This document shows positions 9,147 through 18,016 of a DNA stretch of 35,189 nucleotides, piece after piece. The position numbers were made by a program, and so were the translations under genes. The stretch's first letter is position 1, and the number at the start of each line of letters is the position of its first letter. A model generated the notes under the pieces. That model was not told the DNA's origin. It searched no databases and saw nothing but the letters and a program-made list of their open reading frames with translations. Source of the stretch: an uncultured Enterobacteriaceae bacterium (GTDB lineage: Bacteria > Pseudomonadota > Gammaproteobacteria > Burkholderiales > SG8-39); contig CAYQVE010000002.1 of NCBI GenBank assembly GCA_964420785.1, positions 1 to 35,189 of the forward strand, written 5' to 3'.

Positions 9147-10115
9147 TTACTCGACCCGGATATTGTAATCGCGGATCACCTTCGCCCACTTCTCCGACTC
9201 GACGCGCGCAAACGCGAGGAACCCTTCGGGCGTGCTTCCGACGACGTCGAACCCTTGAGCATCGAGCTTGCCGCGCACTCCCGTATCGGCGAGCGCCTTC
9301 GTCGCTTCGGCGTTCAGCCGCGCGACGATCTCCCTGGGCGTTCCTGCCGCCACGAGCATCCCCACCCAGGATTGCGCCGCGAACCCGGGGAGCGTCTCGG
9401 CGACGGTCGGCACATCCGGCAGCTGGGGGATGCGGCGCGCGGCTCCGATCGCGAGCGCCTTGATGCGTCCGGCCTTCACCTGCGGAATCGCCTGCGGCGC
9501 GGACACGAACATGACGTTCACCTGGCCGCCCGCCAGGTCGATCATCATCGGCGCGCCGCCCTTGTAAGGCACGTGGGTCATTTCGATCCCGGTGCGGTTG
9601 GAAAGCAGCAGCGCGTTCAGGTGGTTCGAGCTTCCCGCGCCCACCGTGGCGTAAGTCACCCTGCCCGGGTTGGCTTTCGCGAAGGCCACGAGCTCCGGCA
9701 CGGAGCCCGGCGCGAAGTTGGTCGCGCCGACGAGCACCTGAGGCGAGGTCACAAGGAGGCTCACGTGCTCGAAGGACTTGAACGGGTCGTAGCCGAGGTT
9801 CTTGTAGAGCAGATGATTGACGGCGTGGGTGTCGAACACGAGCAGCACGGTGTGGCCGTCGGGAGGCGCCTTCGCGGCCTCCGCCTGCCCGATCGAGCCG
9901 CCCGCCCCCGCCTTGTTCTCGACGACCACAGGGCGGCCCAGACCCTCGCTGAGCTTCGGGCCGATGACGCGCGCGACGCCGTCCACCGTGCCGCCCGCCG
10001 GCCAAGGCACGATCAAGCGTATCGGCTTCGCGGGATATTGAGCAAGGGCCACCGCCGCAAGTACCGAGGCGACGAACCCCGCTGACACCACTCGCACGCA
10101 TTTCATCGAGCGCAT
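9147..10115 (-). CDS. Bug-family (TctC-like) substrate-binding protein
   Basis: Signal peptide followed by QYPAKPIRLIVPWPAGGTVD and HVPYKGGAPMM. An alternative start lies 9 nt downstream (MKCVRV…). Confidence 0.9.
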   Translation of the reverse strand: MRSMKCVRVVSAGFVASVLAAVALAQYPAKPIRLIVPWPAGGTVDGVARVIGPKLSEGLGRPVVVENKAGAGGSIGQAEAAKAPPDGHTVLLVFDTHAVNHLLYKNLGYDPFKSFEHVSLLVTSPQVLVGATNFAPGSVPELVAFAKANPGRVTYATVGAGSSNHLNALLLSNRTGIEMTHVPYKGGAPMMIDLAGGQVNVMFVSAPQAIPQVKAGRIKALAIGAARRIPQLPDVPTVAETLPGFAAQSWVGMLVAAGTPREIVARLNAEATKALADTGVRGKLDAQGFDVVGSTPEGFLAFARVESEKWAKVIRDYNIRVE

Positions 10116-10122
10116 TCCGCCT

Positions 10123-10533
10123 TCAATAGGTCATCGATGCGGCGTTCAGGATCCCTATCGCGAGCGAGATGGTGCCGAGAAGCAGGCCTTGCGCGACCTT
10201 TCCCTCCGGGATGTCCCGCGCCAGGGTGGGCACGATCATCCGGACGGCGAAGTACGAGAGGAGCTGAACCACCAGGGCCACCGCCCCCCAAAGCAACATA
10301 TCCCACCACGCGACGCTGTGCGCGATCGCGCTGGCAAGCGGAATGACAAATCCGAGCAACGCGCCGGACAGGGAAAGAGCCGCGGCGACGTTGCCTTGCC
10401 GGATCAGCGCGATTTCGCGATACGGCGTGACCCACGTGTAGACCGCAATAAAAACGGCCACCAGGGCCAACGCCATCAGGAAGTAAACAAGGAAATCGTC
10501 CACCCCACCGACGGAAGCGATGAAATCACTCAT
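10123..10533 (-). CDS. DUF350 (YjfL-like) inner-membrane protein
   Basis: 136 aa with about 4 TM segments. It aligns along its whole length with my recollection of E. coli YjfL (…TPYREIALIRQGNVAAALSLSGALLGFVIPLASAI… …GILNAASMTY at the C-terminus). Confidence 0.85.
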   Translation of the reverse strand: MSDFIASVGGVDDFLVYFLMALALVAVFIAVYTWVTPYREIALIRQGNVAAALSLSGALLGFVIPLASAIAHSVAWWDMLLWGAVALVVQLLSYFAVRMIVPTLARDIPEGKVAQGLLLGTISLAIGILNAASMTY

Positions 10534-10569
10534 GAGGCTGCCCCTTCTTCTGCTTCTCGGAACGTAGAG

Positions 10570-11733
10570 TCATTCGAAATAATGCGGCACGAACCTGCTG
10601 CTGTTTTTCGTGATCGGAGAATCGTCTTCGCGGATTCCGATGCCCGCTGCCCGATCGTCCACGATCCATGCCCCGATGACCGCGTAGTTTCCCTCGAAAC
10701 GCGCGAGCGGCGCGTATTTCTGGAAGACGTATCCCTCCTTGCCGTAGGTTCCGCCCGTCATGAGCGCGCCGCTGTTGCGCCGCAGGCTGATGTTGGAGCC
10801 CTCCCGGGCGAGGATAGGTTTCCTGACGTAATCGGCTCCCGCCAGGGGAGCCGAATCGAAATAGCACGGCAGAAGGTTAGGGTGCTCCGGAAACAGTTCC
10901 CAGAGAATCGCGAGGACCGCCTTGTTGGAAAGCAGCATCTTCCAAGGCGGCTCGATCCAGAAGCGGGGCTCCTCCAGGATGTGAAGGCCGAAGCTCTCGC
11001 GCGCCAGCCATTCCCACGGGTAGAGCTTGAACAGGGCCTCGATCGCATTTCCCTCCAGGTCGACGAAGCAGGCAGCGTCTGCGCTCCAGCCGATGTCCTC
11101 GATGAATATGAATTGCGTGGCGGCGCCCCCCTGGACCGCCGTGTCGCGGAGGTAATGGGTGTTGCCGTAGTCCTCTTCATGATCGCGGACACACGTGAAA
11201 TAGAGCGTCTTCGGACCCAGGGCACCGTTCATGTTCCTCCACCGCTCGATGAGCTTTTCGTGCAGCGAGTTGAACTGATCGGCGCTCTCGCCTATCGCGC
11301 CGCTCGCGGTGGATTCCAACCGTTTGCGGTCTTCCAGCCAGAACCACTGCGCCACGCTCGCCTCGATGAGCGCGGTCGGCGTATCGGCGTTGTATTCTAG
11401 AAGCTTGGGCGGCCCCTGGCCGTCCCAGGCGAGATCGAATCGGCCGAAAACAGAGGGGTCGCGCCGAGCCCAGGAATCGGCGACGTAAGCCCAAAAAGCC
11501 TCAGGGATCGCGAGCTCGGCACAGCGCCTCTTGCGCACGATGTGCTCGCATGCCTCCAGGCAGAGGCGCTGCAATTCCTCGGCGGCCGCCTCCAGGATGT
11601 CGATCTCTTCGCTGGAAAAGACATAGCAGGCCGTTTCCTCCCAATACCGCCCGCCGAGAGAGTGAAAGGAGAAACCGACGTCCTCGCAGCGGCGCTGCCA
11701 GTCCTCCCGGGGTGGCGTCGAGCTGCGCCTCAT
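10570..11733 (-). CDS. Glutathionylspermidine synthase-like ATP-grasp protein (YgiC/YjfC family)
   Basis: 387 aa, with a length and pattern typical of the YgiC/YjfC synthetase-only homologues: MRRSSTPPREDWQRRCEDVGFSFHS…RFDLAWDG…PKLLEYNADTPT…KPILAREGSNI…. Confidence 0.85.
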   Translation of the reverse strand: MRRSSTPPREDWQRRCEDVGFSFHSLGGRYWEETACYVFSSEEIDILEAAAEELQRLCLEACEHIVRKRRCAELAIPEAFWAYVADSWARRDPSVFGRFDLAWDGQGPPKLLEYNADTPTALIEASVAQWFWLEDRKRLESTASGAIGESADQFNSLHEKLIERWRNMNGALGPKTLYFTCVRDHEEDYGNTHYLRDTAVQGGAATQFIFIEDIGWSADAACFVDLEGNAIEALFKLYPWEWLARESFGLHILEEPRFWIEPPWKMLLSNKAVLAILWELFPEHPNLLPCYFDSAPLAGADYVRKPILAREGSNISLRRNSGALMTGGTYGKEGYVFQKYAPLARFEGNYAVIGAWIVDDRAAGIGIREDDSPITKNSSRFVPHYFE

Positions 11734-11757
11734 GCGGCGGCGCCTGCCATCGCCCGC

Positions 11758-12075
11758 TCAACCGCCACCGCTGTGGAACGCCGACGATGATCCAAACCCG
11801 CCGCGATTGACGGATGTGGTGCCGACCGCCCGCGAACTGCGCGCCGCATTGGAGTTCGAGCCGTAGCCCGGGCCGTACCAGACGCGTGACGCTCCCGCGG
11901 GACCCGAGCGGTATCCCGGTTCGCAGTATTCCGGACGCCCCCAGTCCTTCTGGCATTCTTCCGCACTGGCATACATGTCCCGATTGGTGTAGCGCGGTCC
12001 GCTGTCGCACGCGGACATTGCGGCCGCTCCCAGCAGGACTACGCTGACGCGCAAACTGGATTTCCGCTGACGCAT
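11758..12075 (-). CDS. DUF1190 (YgiB/YjfM-like) small lipoprotein
   Basis: ATG at 12075 gives the 105-aa MRQRKSSLRVSVVLLGAAAMSAC|DS… (lipobox-like MSAC). It has a YASAEECQKDWGRPEYCE Cys pair and a RGGFGSS…GGG tail resembling E. coli YgiB. Only the last 105 codons of the 535-aa ORF-track entry are credible. Confidence 0.75.
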   Translation of the reverse strand: MRQRKSSLRVSVVLLGAAAMSACDSGPRYTNRDMYASAEECQKDWGRPEYCEPGYRSGPAGASRVWYGPGYGSNSNAARSSRAVGTTSVNRGGFGSSSAFHSGGG

Positions 12076-12098
12076 GGGCCGACAGTATACGAGCGCTT

Positions 12099-13514
12099 TC
12101 ATAGCACGACACGCCGCTCCTCTTTCCGCACCGCCATCAGTTGCGCGACGCGCGCCGCATCGTCGAGCTTCTCCATTCCGAGCACGGCGTCGCACAGCTG
12201 CGCACTCCGTCCCCGCGGGAGCGCGTGCGCAGCGAGCTTCTCGAATTTCGCAACGACCTGCGCCTCGCCCGCGAAATGGGGCTCGCTGCCACGCGAGGCG
12301 TCCACCGTGCGCTCCAGGCGGCTGCCGTCGTCGAGAATCACCTCCACCCGCACGCTGTGGCGGTATTTCGCGCCCTTCGCGCTGATTTCCGGGTCCGGCC
12401 GGACTTCGACCTTTTCGGCGAGCGCCATGCGTTCCGGGTCGGCGACGATCCTCTCGCTGAACTGATCGACGAAGCAATCGCCTTCGAGCAGGAGCGTCGC
12501 CGCGCAGAAGGCGAGGTTCATCTGCGCCGAAGCGAGGCTTTCCGGCCGGTATTTCCAGCCGGCGTGATCCATGGTCACCTGCGAGGCGTGCACGATGATT
12601 TTTTTCACGTCCCTCGCGCCGAATGAACGCTCCGCCTGCATCTCGCGCAGGGCGTCGAGCGTGGTGTGGTTGCTGCCCACGCAGGAATAGAATTTGAGCG
12701 CGACGCCCATCGTCTGCCAGACTTCGCCGAAGCCCGCGGTCAGGTCCGCCAGCCGGAACCGATCCTGCGAGCGCGAAAAGGTGGTGCAGAAGCCGCCGTA
12801 CTCGCTCTCGAACACGTCCGCGATCCCGGTGAAGCCGGCCTCCGCGAGGAGCGCGCCGTAGAGCCCGCTCTGCGAGGAGCGCCCGGCGTGCATGCGCTTC
12901 ACCATCGCGCCGTACTGCGCGGCCATCAGCCCCGCCGCCTGCGTGCCGGCGATGCCGAGCGCGTGCACCGTCTTGTCCGCGTCGAGCTTCAGGCCGCGTG
13001 CGGCGCCGGCGCCCGCCGCGAAAACGCCGAGCGTCGCGCCCGAGTGCCAGCCCTGGCCGATGTGCTCCTGCCCCATGCACAGTCCCACGCGCGGGCCGAC
13101 CTCGTAGCCGGCTACGGCCGCCGTCAAGAACTCGCGTCCGTTCATTCCGCGGCGCAGTTCGGCGACCGCGACGAGCGCCGGCAGCACCACCGCGCCGACG
13201 TGCAGCACGCCTTCCCGATGCACGTCGTCCAGCTCGAATCCCTGGACCTGCGTGCCGTTCGCGAGCGCCGCGTGCGGCGCCGAGAGCCGCTGCGCGGTTC
13301 CCCACACGCCGGAAGCGGTGGAGCCGTCCAGCCTCTTCAGGGTGCGCCGCAGGATCCTGCACCATTCGAGATGCGTTCCGTAGAGCGCGCAGCCGAGCGA
13401 ATCGAGGATGAGCAGCTTGATGCGCTCGCGCACCTCGCCCGGGATCGCTTCGTACCGGAGTCCGGAAACGAATTCGGCGACGCCGCGCGTGTAAGGGTTG
13501 GAGCTCTTGCTCAT
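12099..13514 (-). CDS. MmgE/PrpD family protein (2-methylcitrate-dehydratase-like)
   Basis: 471 aa. MSKSSNPYTRGVAEFVSGLRYEAIPGEVRERIKLLILDSLGCALYG is a canonical MmgE/PrpD N-terminus. The start overlaps the upstream Bug stop (ATGA at 13511-13514). Confidence 0.9.
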   Translation of the reverse strand: MSKSSNPYTRGVAEFVSGLRYEAIPGEVRERIKLLILDSLGCALYGTHLEWCRILRRTLKRLDGSTASGVWGTAQRLSAPHAALANGTQVQGFELDDVHREGVLHVGAVVLPALVAVAELRRGMNGREFLTAAVAGYEVGPRVGLCMGQEHIGQGWHSGATLGVFAAGAGAARGLKLDADKTVHALGIAGTQAAGLMAAQYGAMVKRMHAGRSSQSGLYGALLAEAGFTGIADVFESEYGGFCTTFSRSQDRFRLADLTAGFGEVWQTMGVALKFYSCVGSNHTTLDALREMQAERSFGARDVKKIIVHASQVTMDHAGWKYRPESLASAQMNLAFCAATLLLEGDCFVDQFSERIVADPERMALAEKVEVRPDPEISAKGAKYRHSVRVEVILDDGSRLERTVDASRGSEPHFAGEAQVVAKFEKLAAHALPRGRSAQLCDAVLGMEKLDDAARVAQLMAVRKEERRVVL

Positions 13515-14467
13515 TCCAGCCGGATCTTCGCTTCCCGGATCAATTTGCCGAGGCGCTCTTTTTCCGAGCGGATGTGGGCGGCGAACTGCTCCGGAGTGCC
13601 GCCGATCGGCTCCGCACCCTCCGCGAGCAGGCTCGTCCTCACGTCGGGCTGCGCCAGCGCTTTCACCAGCTCGGCGTTGAGTCTCGCGACGATTTCCCGC
13701 GGCGTTCCCGCCGGCGCGAGCACGCCGTACCAGGAGCTCGCTTCGTAGCCGGGGAGGCCCGATTCCGCGATCGTCGGAAGGTCCGGCATCGAAGCCAGGC
13801 GCCGCGTCCCCGTCACCGCGATGGCTCTCAATTTTTCCGCCTTGACGTGAGGCAGGATCGCAACCACGCTGCTGAACATGAGCTGCACCCGGCCGCTCAG
13901 GAGGTCGGTGAGCGCCGGCGACAGTCCCTTGTAGGGCACGTGGACCATGTCCACGCCCGTCATCGAATCGAACATCACCGCGGCGAGGTGGGACGAGCTG
14001 CCGTTGCCGTTCGAGGCGTAGTTGAGCTGCCCCGGTCTGGAGCGCGCGAGAGCGACGAAGGCCTTGAACGAATCGGCCGGAACCGACGGATGCACCACCA
14101 GCACGAGCGGCGCCGATGCGAGCAGCGCCACGGGCGCGAAGTCGTGGATCGGGTCGTAGGGAAGACTATCGTTCAGATTCGGATTGACAGCGTGACTCCC
14201 GACGCCGCCGAGGAACAGCGTGTAGCCGTCGGGCGCGGCCTTCGCCGCGAGCTCCGCGCCCAGCGCGCCTCCTGCTCCAGGCCGGTTGTCGATGACGAGC
14301 GGCTGGCCGAGGCTGTCGGACAGTCGCTTGCCGACCAGGCGCGCGACGTTGTCGTTCCCGCCTCCCGCGGCGAACGGAACGATGAGGCGGATCGGCTTCG
14401 CCGGATACTGAGCGAGCGCGGCCGCCGCTGCGACCGACGCGGCGAATGCCGCGAGCGACGCAGCCAT
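13511..14467 (-). CDS. Bug-family (TctC-like) substrate-binding protein
   Basis: ATG at 14467 gives MAASLAAFAASVAAAAALAQYPAKPIRLIVPFAAGGGND…. A GTG 9 nt upstream (14476, VSRMAAS…) is an equally plausible start. The 577-aa ORF-track extension is not credible. Confidence 0.85.
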   Translation of the reverse strand: MAASLAAFAASVAAAAALAQYPAKPIRLIVPFAAGGGNDNVARLVGKRLSDSLGQPLVIDNRPGAGGALGAELAAKAAPDGYTLFLGGVGSHAVNPNLNDSLPYDPIHDFAPVALLASAPLVLVVHPSVPADSFKAFVALARSRPGQLNYASNGNGSSSHLAAVMFDSMTGVDMVHVPYKGLSPALTDLLSGRVQLMFSSVVAILPHVKAEKLRAIAVTGTRRLASMPDLPTIAESGLPGYEASSWYGVLAPAGTPREIVARLNAELVKALAQPDVRTSLLAEGAEPIGGTPEQFAAHIRSEKERLGKLIREAKIRLE

Positions 14468-14574
14468 CCGACTCACGCGGCCCAGTCCCACACGCGCCCG
14501 ATCGGTGCATCGAGATGCCAGTGCGTGACGAGGACATATTGCTTCATGCGGGCATACTCCGATCACACCTCGGA

Positions 14575-14584
14575 ATGCTAGCAT
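14575..14584. promoter_or_regulatory. Perfect 10-bp palindrome ATGCTAGCAT in the divergent Bug/Bug promoter spacer
   Basis: It lies 34 nt upstream of ATG 14618 within the 150-nt spacer 14468-14617 and contains the -10-like TAGCAT. Its function as operator or promoter is untested. Confidence 0.25.
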
Positions 14585-14617
14585 GGCGATGTTCGGGCCC
14601 TTCACGCAACCCGCCAA

Positions 14618-15574
14618 ATGCGCCGCGCATTCCTTTCCCTGCTCGCCGCTCTCGTTCTCGCGGATATGGCGATCGCGCAGAGCTGGCCTTCGCGCCCGGT
14701 CAGGATGATCGTTCCCCAGGCGCCGGGCGGGATGGCCGACATCGTCGCGCGCGTCATTTCCAGCCGGCTGTCGCGGGAGCTGGGCCAGCAGGTCCTCGTC
14801 GACAACCGCGCGGGCGACGGAACCACAGGCGCGCAGGCGGCCGCACGCGCCGCGGCCGACGGCTACACCTATTTGTTCGCCCCGGCCTCGGTGCTCGCAG
14901 TCAATCAGTTCATGGCGAAGGTCCTTCCCTACAGCCCGGAGGACGATTTCGCGAGCGTCGCGATGGTCGGCTCGAGTCCGCTCGCGCTCATCGCGAGCCC
15001 CGAGCTGAACGTGAATACGCTCGCGGAGCTCATCGCGCTCGCAAAGGCCAACCCCGGCAAGCTCGCCTTTGCGAGCCCCGGCCTGAGAACGCTCCCCGGA
15101 ATGTTCGGCGAGATGCTCAAGATCCGCGCGGGCATCAGTTTGCTGCACGTCCCCTACAAGGGCGCGCAGGGCGTGCAGGACACGATCGCCGGCCGCACCC
15201 AGCTCACTACGCAGGGAATTCCGGCGATCGCCGCAATCGTCCAACGCGGGCAGCTTCGCGCGCTGGCGGTGAGCTCACCCCGCCGCCTTCCCGAGCTGCC
15301 CGATGTTCCGACCCTTTCCGAGACCTTGCCGGGGTTCGAATTCAACGCCTGGTTCGCGGTGGTCGCACCGACCGGAACGCCGCGCGAGGCGATCCAGCGC
15401 ATGAACATGGAATTCAACCGCATCCTCCTGGACGGCCAAATCGAACCTAAACTCCGCGCGCTCGGGATCTATACCGAGGGCACGGGGCCGCCCGAGGAGA
15501 TCGACGCGTTCCTGAGGAACGAGCGCGCGTTCTGGAGCCGCGTCGTGCGGGACCTGAAGATCGAGCCGGAGTAG
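14618..15574 (+). CDS. Bug-family (TctC-like) substrate-binding protein
   Basis: 318 aa. Signal peptide MRRAFLSLLAALVLADMAIAQ, then SWPSRPVRMIVPQAPGGMAD and HVPYKGAQG. Confidence 0.9.
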   Translation: MRRAFLSLLAALVLADMAIAQSWPSRPVRMIVPQAPGGMADIVARVISSRLSRELGQQVLVDNRAGDGTTGAQAAARAAADGYTYLFAPASVLAVNQFMAKVLPYSPEDDFASVAMVGSSPLALIASPELNVNTLAELIALAKANPGKLAFASPGLRTLPGMFGEMLKIRAGISLLHVPYKGAQGVQDTIAGRTQLTTQGIPAIAAIVQRGQLRALAVSSPRRLPELPDVPTLSETLPGFEFNAWFAVVAPTGTPREAIQRMNMEFNRILLDGQIEPKLRALGIYTEGTGPPEEIDAFLRNERAFWSRVVRDLKIEPE

Positions 15575-15632
15575 CGCACCAGTCACCGGCGCTGAGCGGA
15601 CCGGCGCGCACCTCGAGGAAGGGACGGGATCA

Positions 15633-17246
15633 GTGGGGATCAAGCAGCTCCTGGCCGGTCCGGGTTATCCCGATGACGCAGAGCGCGACGCGCTCGCGCG
15701 CATCTTCAATATCGTCTGCCTTGCGGTGATCCTGGCGCTGGGCGTCGCCATGTTCACAAACCTTTTTTTCAGCCGGGCCGGCTTCCCGGTCGTTCTGCCC
15801 GCGGTTTTCGCGTGCGTCGCCGCGCTGATCGCCGCGGCACGCCTGGGCTACCTCCGGGTCGCGAGCAACTTGTTGCCGGCTGTCATTCTGGCGGGATCCG
15901 CGAATCTCCTGCTCACCCGGGACGGCGTGCACGACACCGGTGTCATCACCATCGCCGGAATGCTGGTCGTCAGCGGCATCCTGCTGACGCGGCGCACGCT
16001 TATGATTTTCACGATGGCTGCGTTGGCGGTGGTCGTGTCCACGGGCTACGCGGAGATCTCGGGCCTGTTGCACAACCGTTTCAGCTCGTTCACGGATCTG
16101 CGTTATGTGGTAGGGGTGTGCCTTGTTTTCGTCATCATCGCCGTCACCGTCCACCTTCTCGCGGAAAGCCTGTTCACGAGTCTGCGCCAGGCCCAGGAAA
16201 AAAGCGCTGCGCTCGGCGAATCGGAGGCGCGCCTTGCGAAGATGATCGAGGCAAGTCCGGAGGCGATCACGATTGCGAGCGTCGAGGACGGGACGTTCAT
16301 TCTGGTGAATCCCGCCGGCCAGCGGCTTTGCGGCTACACCCGCGAGGAGTTGATCGGCACGAGCGCCCTGAAGCTCGGGTTCTATGCCGATCCGGAGGAC
16401 CGGGACAGAATCGTCGCGGATCTGCGGCGCGACGAAGTCGTACATGGGCGTGAAATCCGCCTGCGGCACAAGAGCGGAGAATTGCGCGACATACTCATTT
16501 CGGCGGCCCTGATCGATTTCAAAGGCAAGAAGCTCATCCTGTTCCAGGGGATAGACATCACCGAGCGAAAGAACGCCGAGAAAGCGCTTCGCGAGCACGA
16601 AGAGCTGCTGCGGGAATTGTCCGCGCATCACGACTCGGTGCGCGAAGGAGAGCGCGCCCGCATCGCGCGCGAGATCCACGACGAGCTGGGCCAGGCCCTC
16701 ACGGCGCTCAAGATGGACCTCTCCGTCCTGACCCTGAAGTTCGGCGAAGCCACGCCCCAGATCAGGGAACAGGTGCAGGACCTGAAGGGACGGGTCGATG
16801 CCATCATCCAGGTCGTGAGGGACGTGGCGACCGCCTTGCGGCCGGCTGCGCTCGACCTCGGTATCGTGCCGGGCGTGGAGTGGCTGGTCGAGGAGTTCCA
16901 GAGGCGAAGCGGAGTCCGCTGCACGGTCAGCGTCGCGGACAGCGACATTGCCCTGGGCGAGGACCGGAGCATCGTGCTGTTCCGCATCGTGCAGGAATCG
17001 CTGACGAACGTCTCCCGGCACGCCGGCGCGCGCAACGTGCAGATCCTGCTCGATCACGACGCCGAGCGCATTCGGCTGGACGTCGAGGACGACGGGGTCG
17101 GATTCGACGTGGACGCGGCGCGCCGCAAGAAAACCTTCGGTTTGCTCGGCATGCATGAGCGGGTGATCATGCTGCGCGGGGAGTTGAGCATCACCAGCGC
17201 GCCCGGCGGCGGTACCCGCGTCTCCGTGTCCATGCCGATCGCGTAG
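15633..17246 (+). CDS. Sensor histidine kinase: six-TM membrane module + PAS + HisKA_3 + HATPase (NarX/LiaS-type)
   Basis: GTG 15633. About six closely spaced TM helices with almost no periplasmic loops. PAS region (…MIEASPEAITIASVEDGTFILVNPAGQRLCGYTREELIG…). H-box ERARIAREIHDELGQALTALK. N/G boxes (ESLTNVSRHAGA…, DDGVGF, GLLGMHERV). Confidence 0.9.
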   Translation: MGIKQLLAGPGYPDDAERDALARIFNIVCLAVILALGVAMFTNLFFSRAGFPVVLPAVFACVAALIAAARLGYLRVASNLLPAVILAGSANLLLTRDGVHDTGVITIAGMLVVSGILLTRRTLMIFTMAALAVVVSTGYAEISGLLHNRFSSFTDLRYVVGVCLVFVIIAVTVHLLAESLFTSLRQAQEKSAALGESEARLAKMIEASPEAITIASVEDGTFILVNPAGQRLCGYTREELIGTSALKLGFYADPEDRDRIVADLRRDEVVHGREIRLRHKSGELRDILISAALIDFKGKKLILFQGIDITERKNAEKALREHEELLRELSAHHDSVREGERARIAREIHDELGQALTALKMDLSVLTLKFGEATPQIREQVQDLKGRVDAIIQVVRDVATALRPAALDLGIVPGVEWLVEEFQRRSGVRCTVSVADSDIALGEDRSIVLFRIVQESLTNVSRHAGARNVQILLDHDAERIRLDVEDDGVGFDVDAARRKKTFGLLGMHERVIMLRGELSITSAPGGGTRVSVSMPIA

Positions 17247-17249
17247 CCG

Positions 17250-17882
17250 ATGAAAACGATCAGGATACTCGTGGCCGATGACCACGCCGTGGTGCGGCGG
17301 GGCTTGAGGCACATACTGGACACGACGCCCGATCTCGCCATCGCCGGCGAGGCCGCAAGCGGCGCGGAGGTCCTCGAGAAGCTGCAGGCCGGCGAGTTCG
17401 ACGTCCTGCTGATGGACATCACGATGCCCGCCACCAATCCTGTCGAGCTGATCGCGCGCATCAAGGCGCAGCATCCTCACGTCGCCATGCTCGTTCACAG
17501 CATGCACGCGGAGGGACCTGTCGCCTCGCGAATGCTGAAAGCGGGTGCGTCCGGCTACATCACCAAGGACAGCGAGCCCGAGCAGCTGCTTGCGGCCCTG
17601 CGAAAGGTCGCCGCGGGCGGAAGGTACATCGGTGCGGAACTCGCCGAGCAGCTCGCCTTCGGCAACAGTGCCGGCAGGCCGCTGCACGAGCTGCTCTCCG
17701 ACCGGGAGAGCCAGGTATTCTTCCTGCTCGCCTCCGGAAAGACCCTCAAGGCCATCGCGAGAGAGCTCCACCTCAGTCCGAAGACGGCGAGCACCTATAA
17801 AACGAGAATCATGCAGAAGCTCAATCTGCAATCCGACGCCGAGCTCATCCGCTACGCCCTCGCAAACCACCTGGTGAAGTAG
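17250..17882 (+). CDS. NarL/FixJ-family response regulator (REC + LuxR-type HTH)
   Basis: ATG lies 3 nt after the kinase stop. MKTIRILVADDHAVVRRGL…VLLMDITMP…GYITKD… plus HTH LSDRESQVFFLLASGKTLKAIARELHLSPKTASTYKTRIMQKL. Confidence 0.92.
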   Translation: MKTIRILVADDHAVVRRGLRHILDTTPDLAIAGEAASGAEVLEKLQAGEFDVLLMDITMPATNPVELIARIKAQHPHVAMLVHSMHAEGPVASRMLKAGASGYITKDSEPEQLLAALRKVAAGGRYIGAELAEQLAFGNSAGRPLHELLSDRESQVFFLLASGKTLKAIARELHLSPKTASTYKTRIMQKLNLQSDAELIRYALANHLVK

Positions 17883-17898
17883 CCGGGCCGCGGCCCGG
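17883..17898. repeat. Perfect 16-bp GC palindrome CCGGGCCGCGGCCCGG immediately after the regulator stop codon
   Basis: Read directly; it is its own reverse complement. No U-tract follows, so it could be a hairpin transcript-end or REP-like element, or a protein site. Confidence 0.4.
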
Positions 17899-17965
17899 GA
17901 CCCCGGGGCCCTCCCCGTTCGTGACGTTTGCCGCGCGGTTGCGGCGACATGTAGGAATTTCCCTA

Positions 17966-18016
17966 CGCGCCGGTGCGCCGATTCCCACAGGGAAGTAGGC
18001 GCGCGCTGATTTTTTT
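17966..18016 (+). terminator. Candidate nested hairpin plus T7 tract (weak intrinsic-terminator-like or regulatory structure)
   Basis: CGCGCC (17966-17971) pairs with GGCGCG (17998-18003). This encloses TTCCC-ACA-GGGAA (17982-17994). TTTTTTT at 18010-18016 starts 6 nt after the stem, which is not canonical spacing. Confidence 0.25.

Noticed and set aside
11758-13365. 535-aa minus-strand ORF suggesting a large protein ending in the DUF1190 sequence
   Set aside because: Upstream of codon M(12075) it runs out of frame across the MmgE/PrpD gene and is Arg/Gly/Ala junk. Only the last 105 codons (signal peptide onward) look like a real protein.
13511-15244. 577-aa version of the Bug gene extending through the divergent promoter into the neighbouring Bug gene
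   Set aside because: The Bug homology, including the signal peptide, begins at 14467/14476. The extension would be antisense to the 14618-15574 gene and has no coding character.
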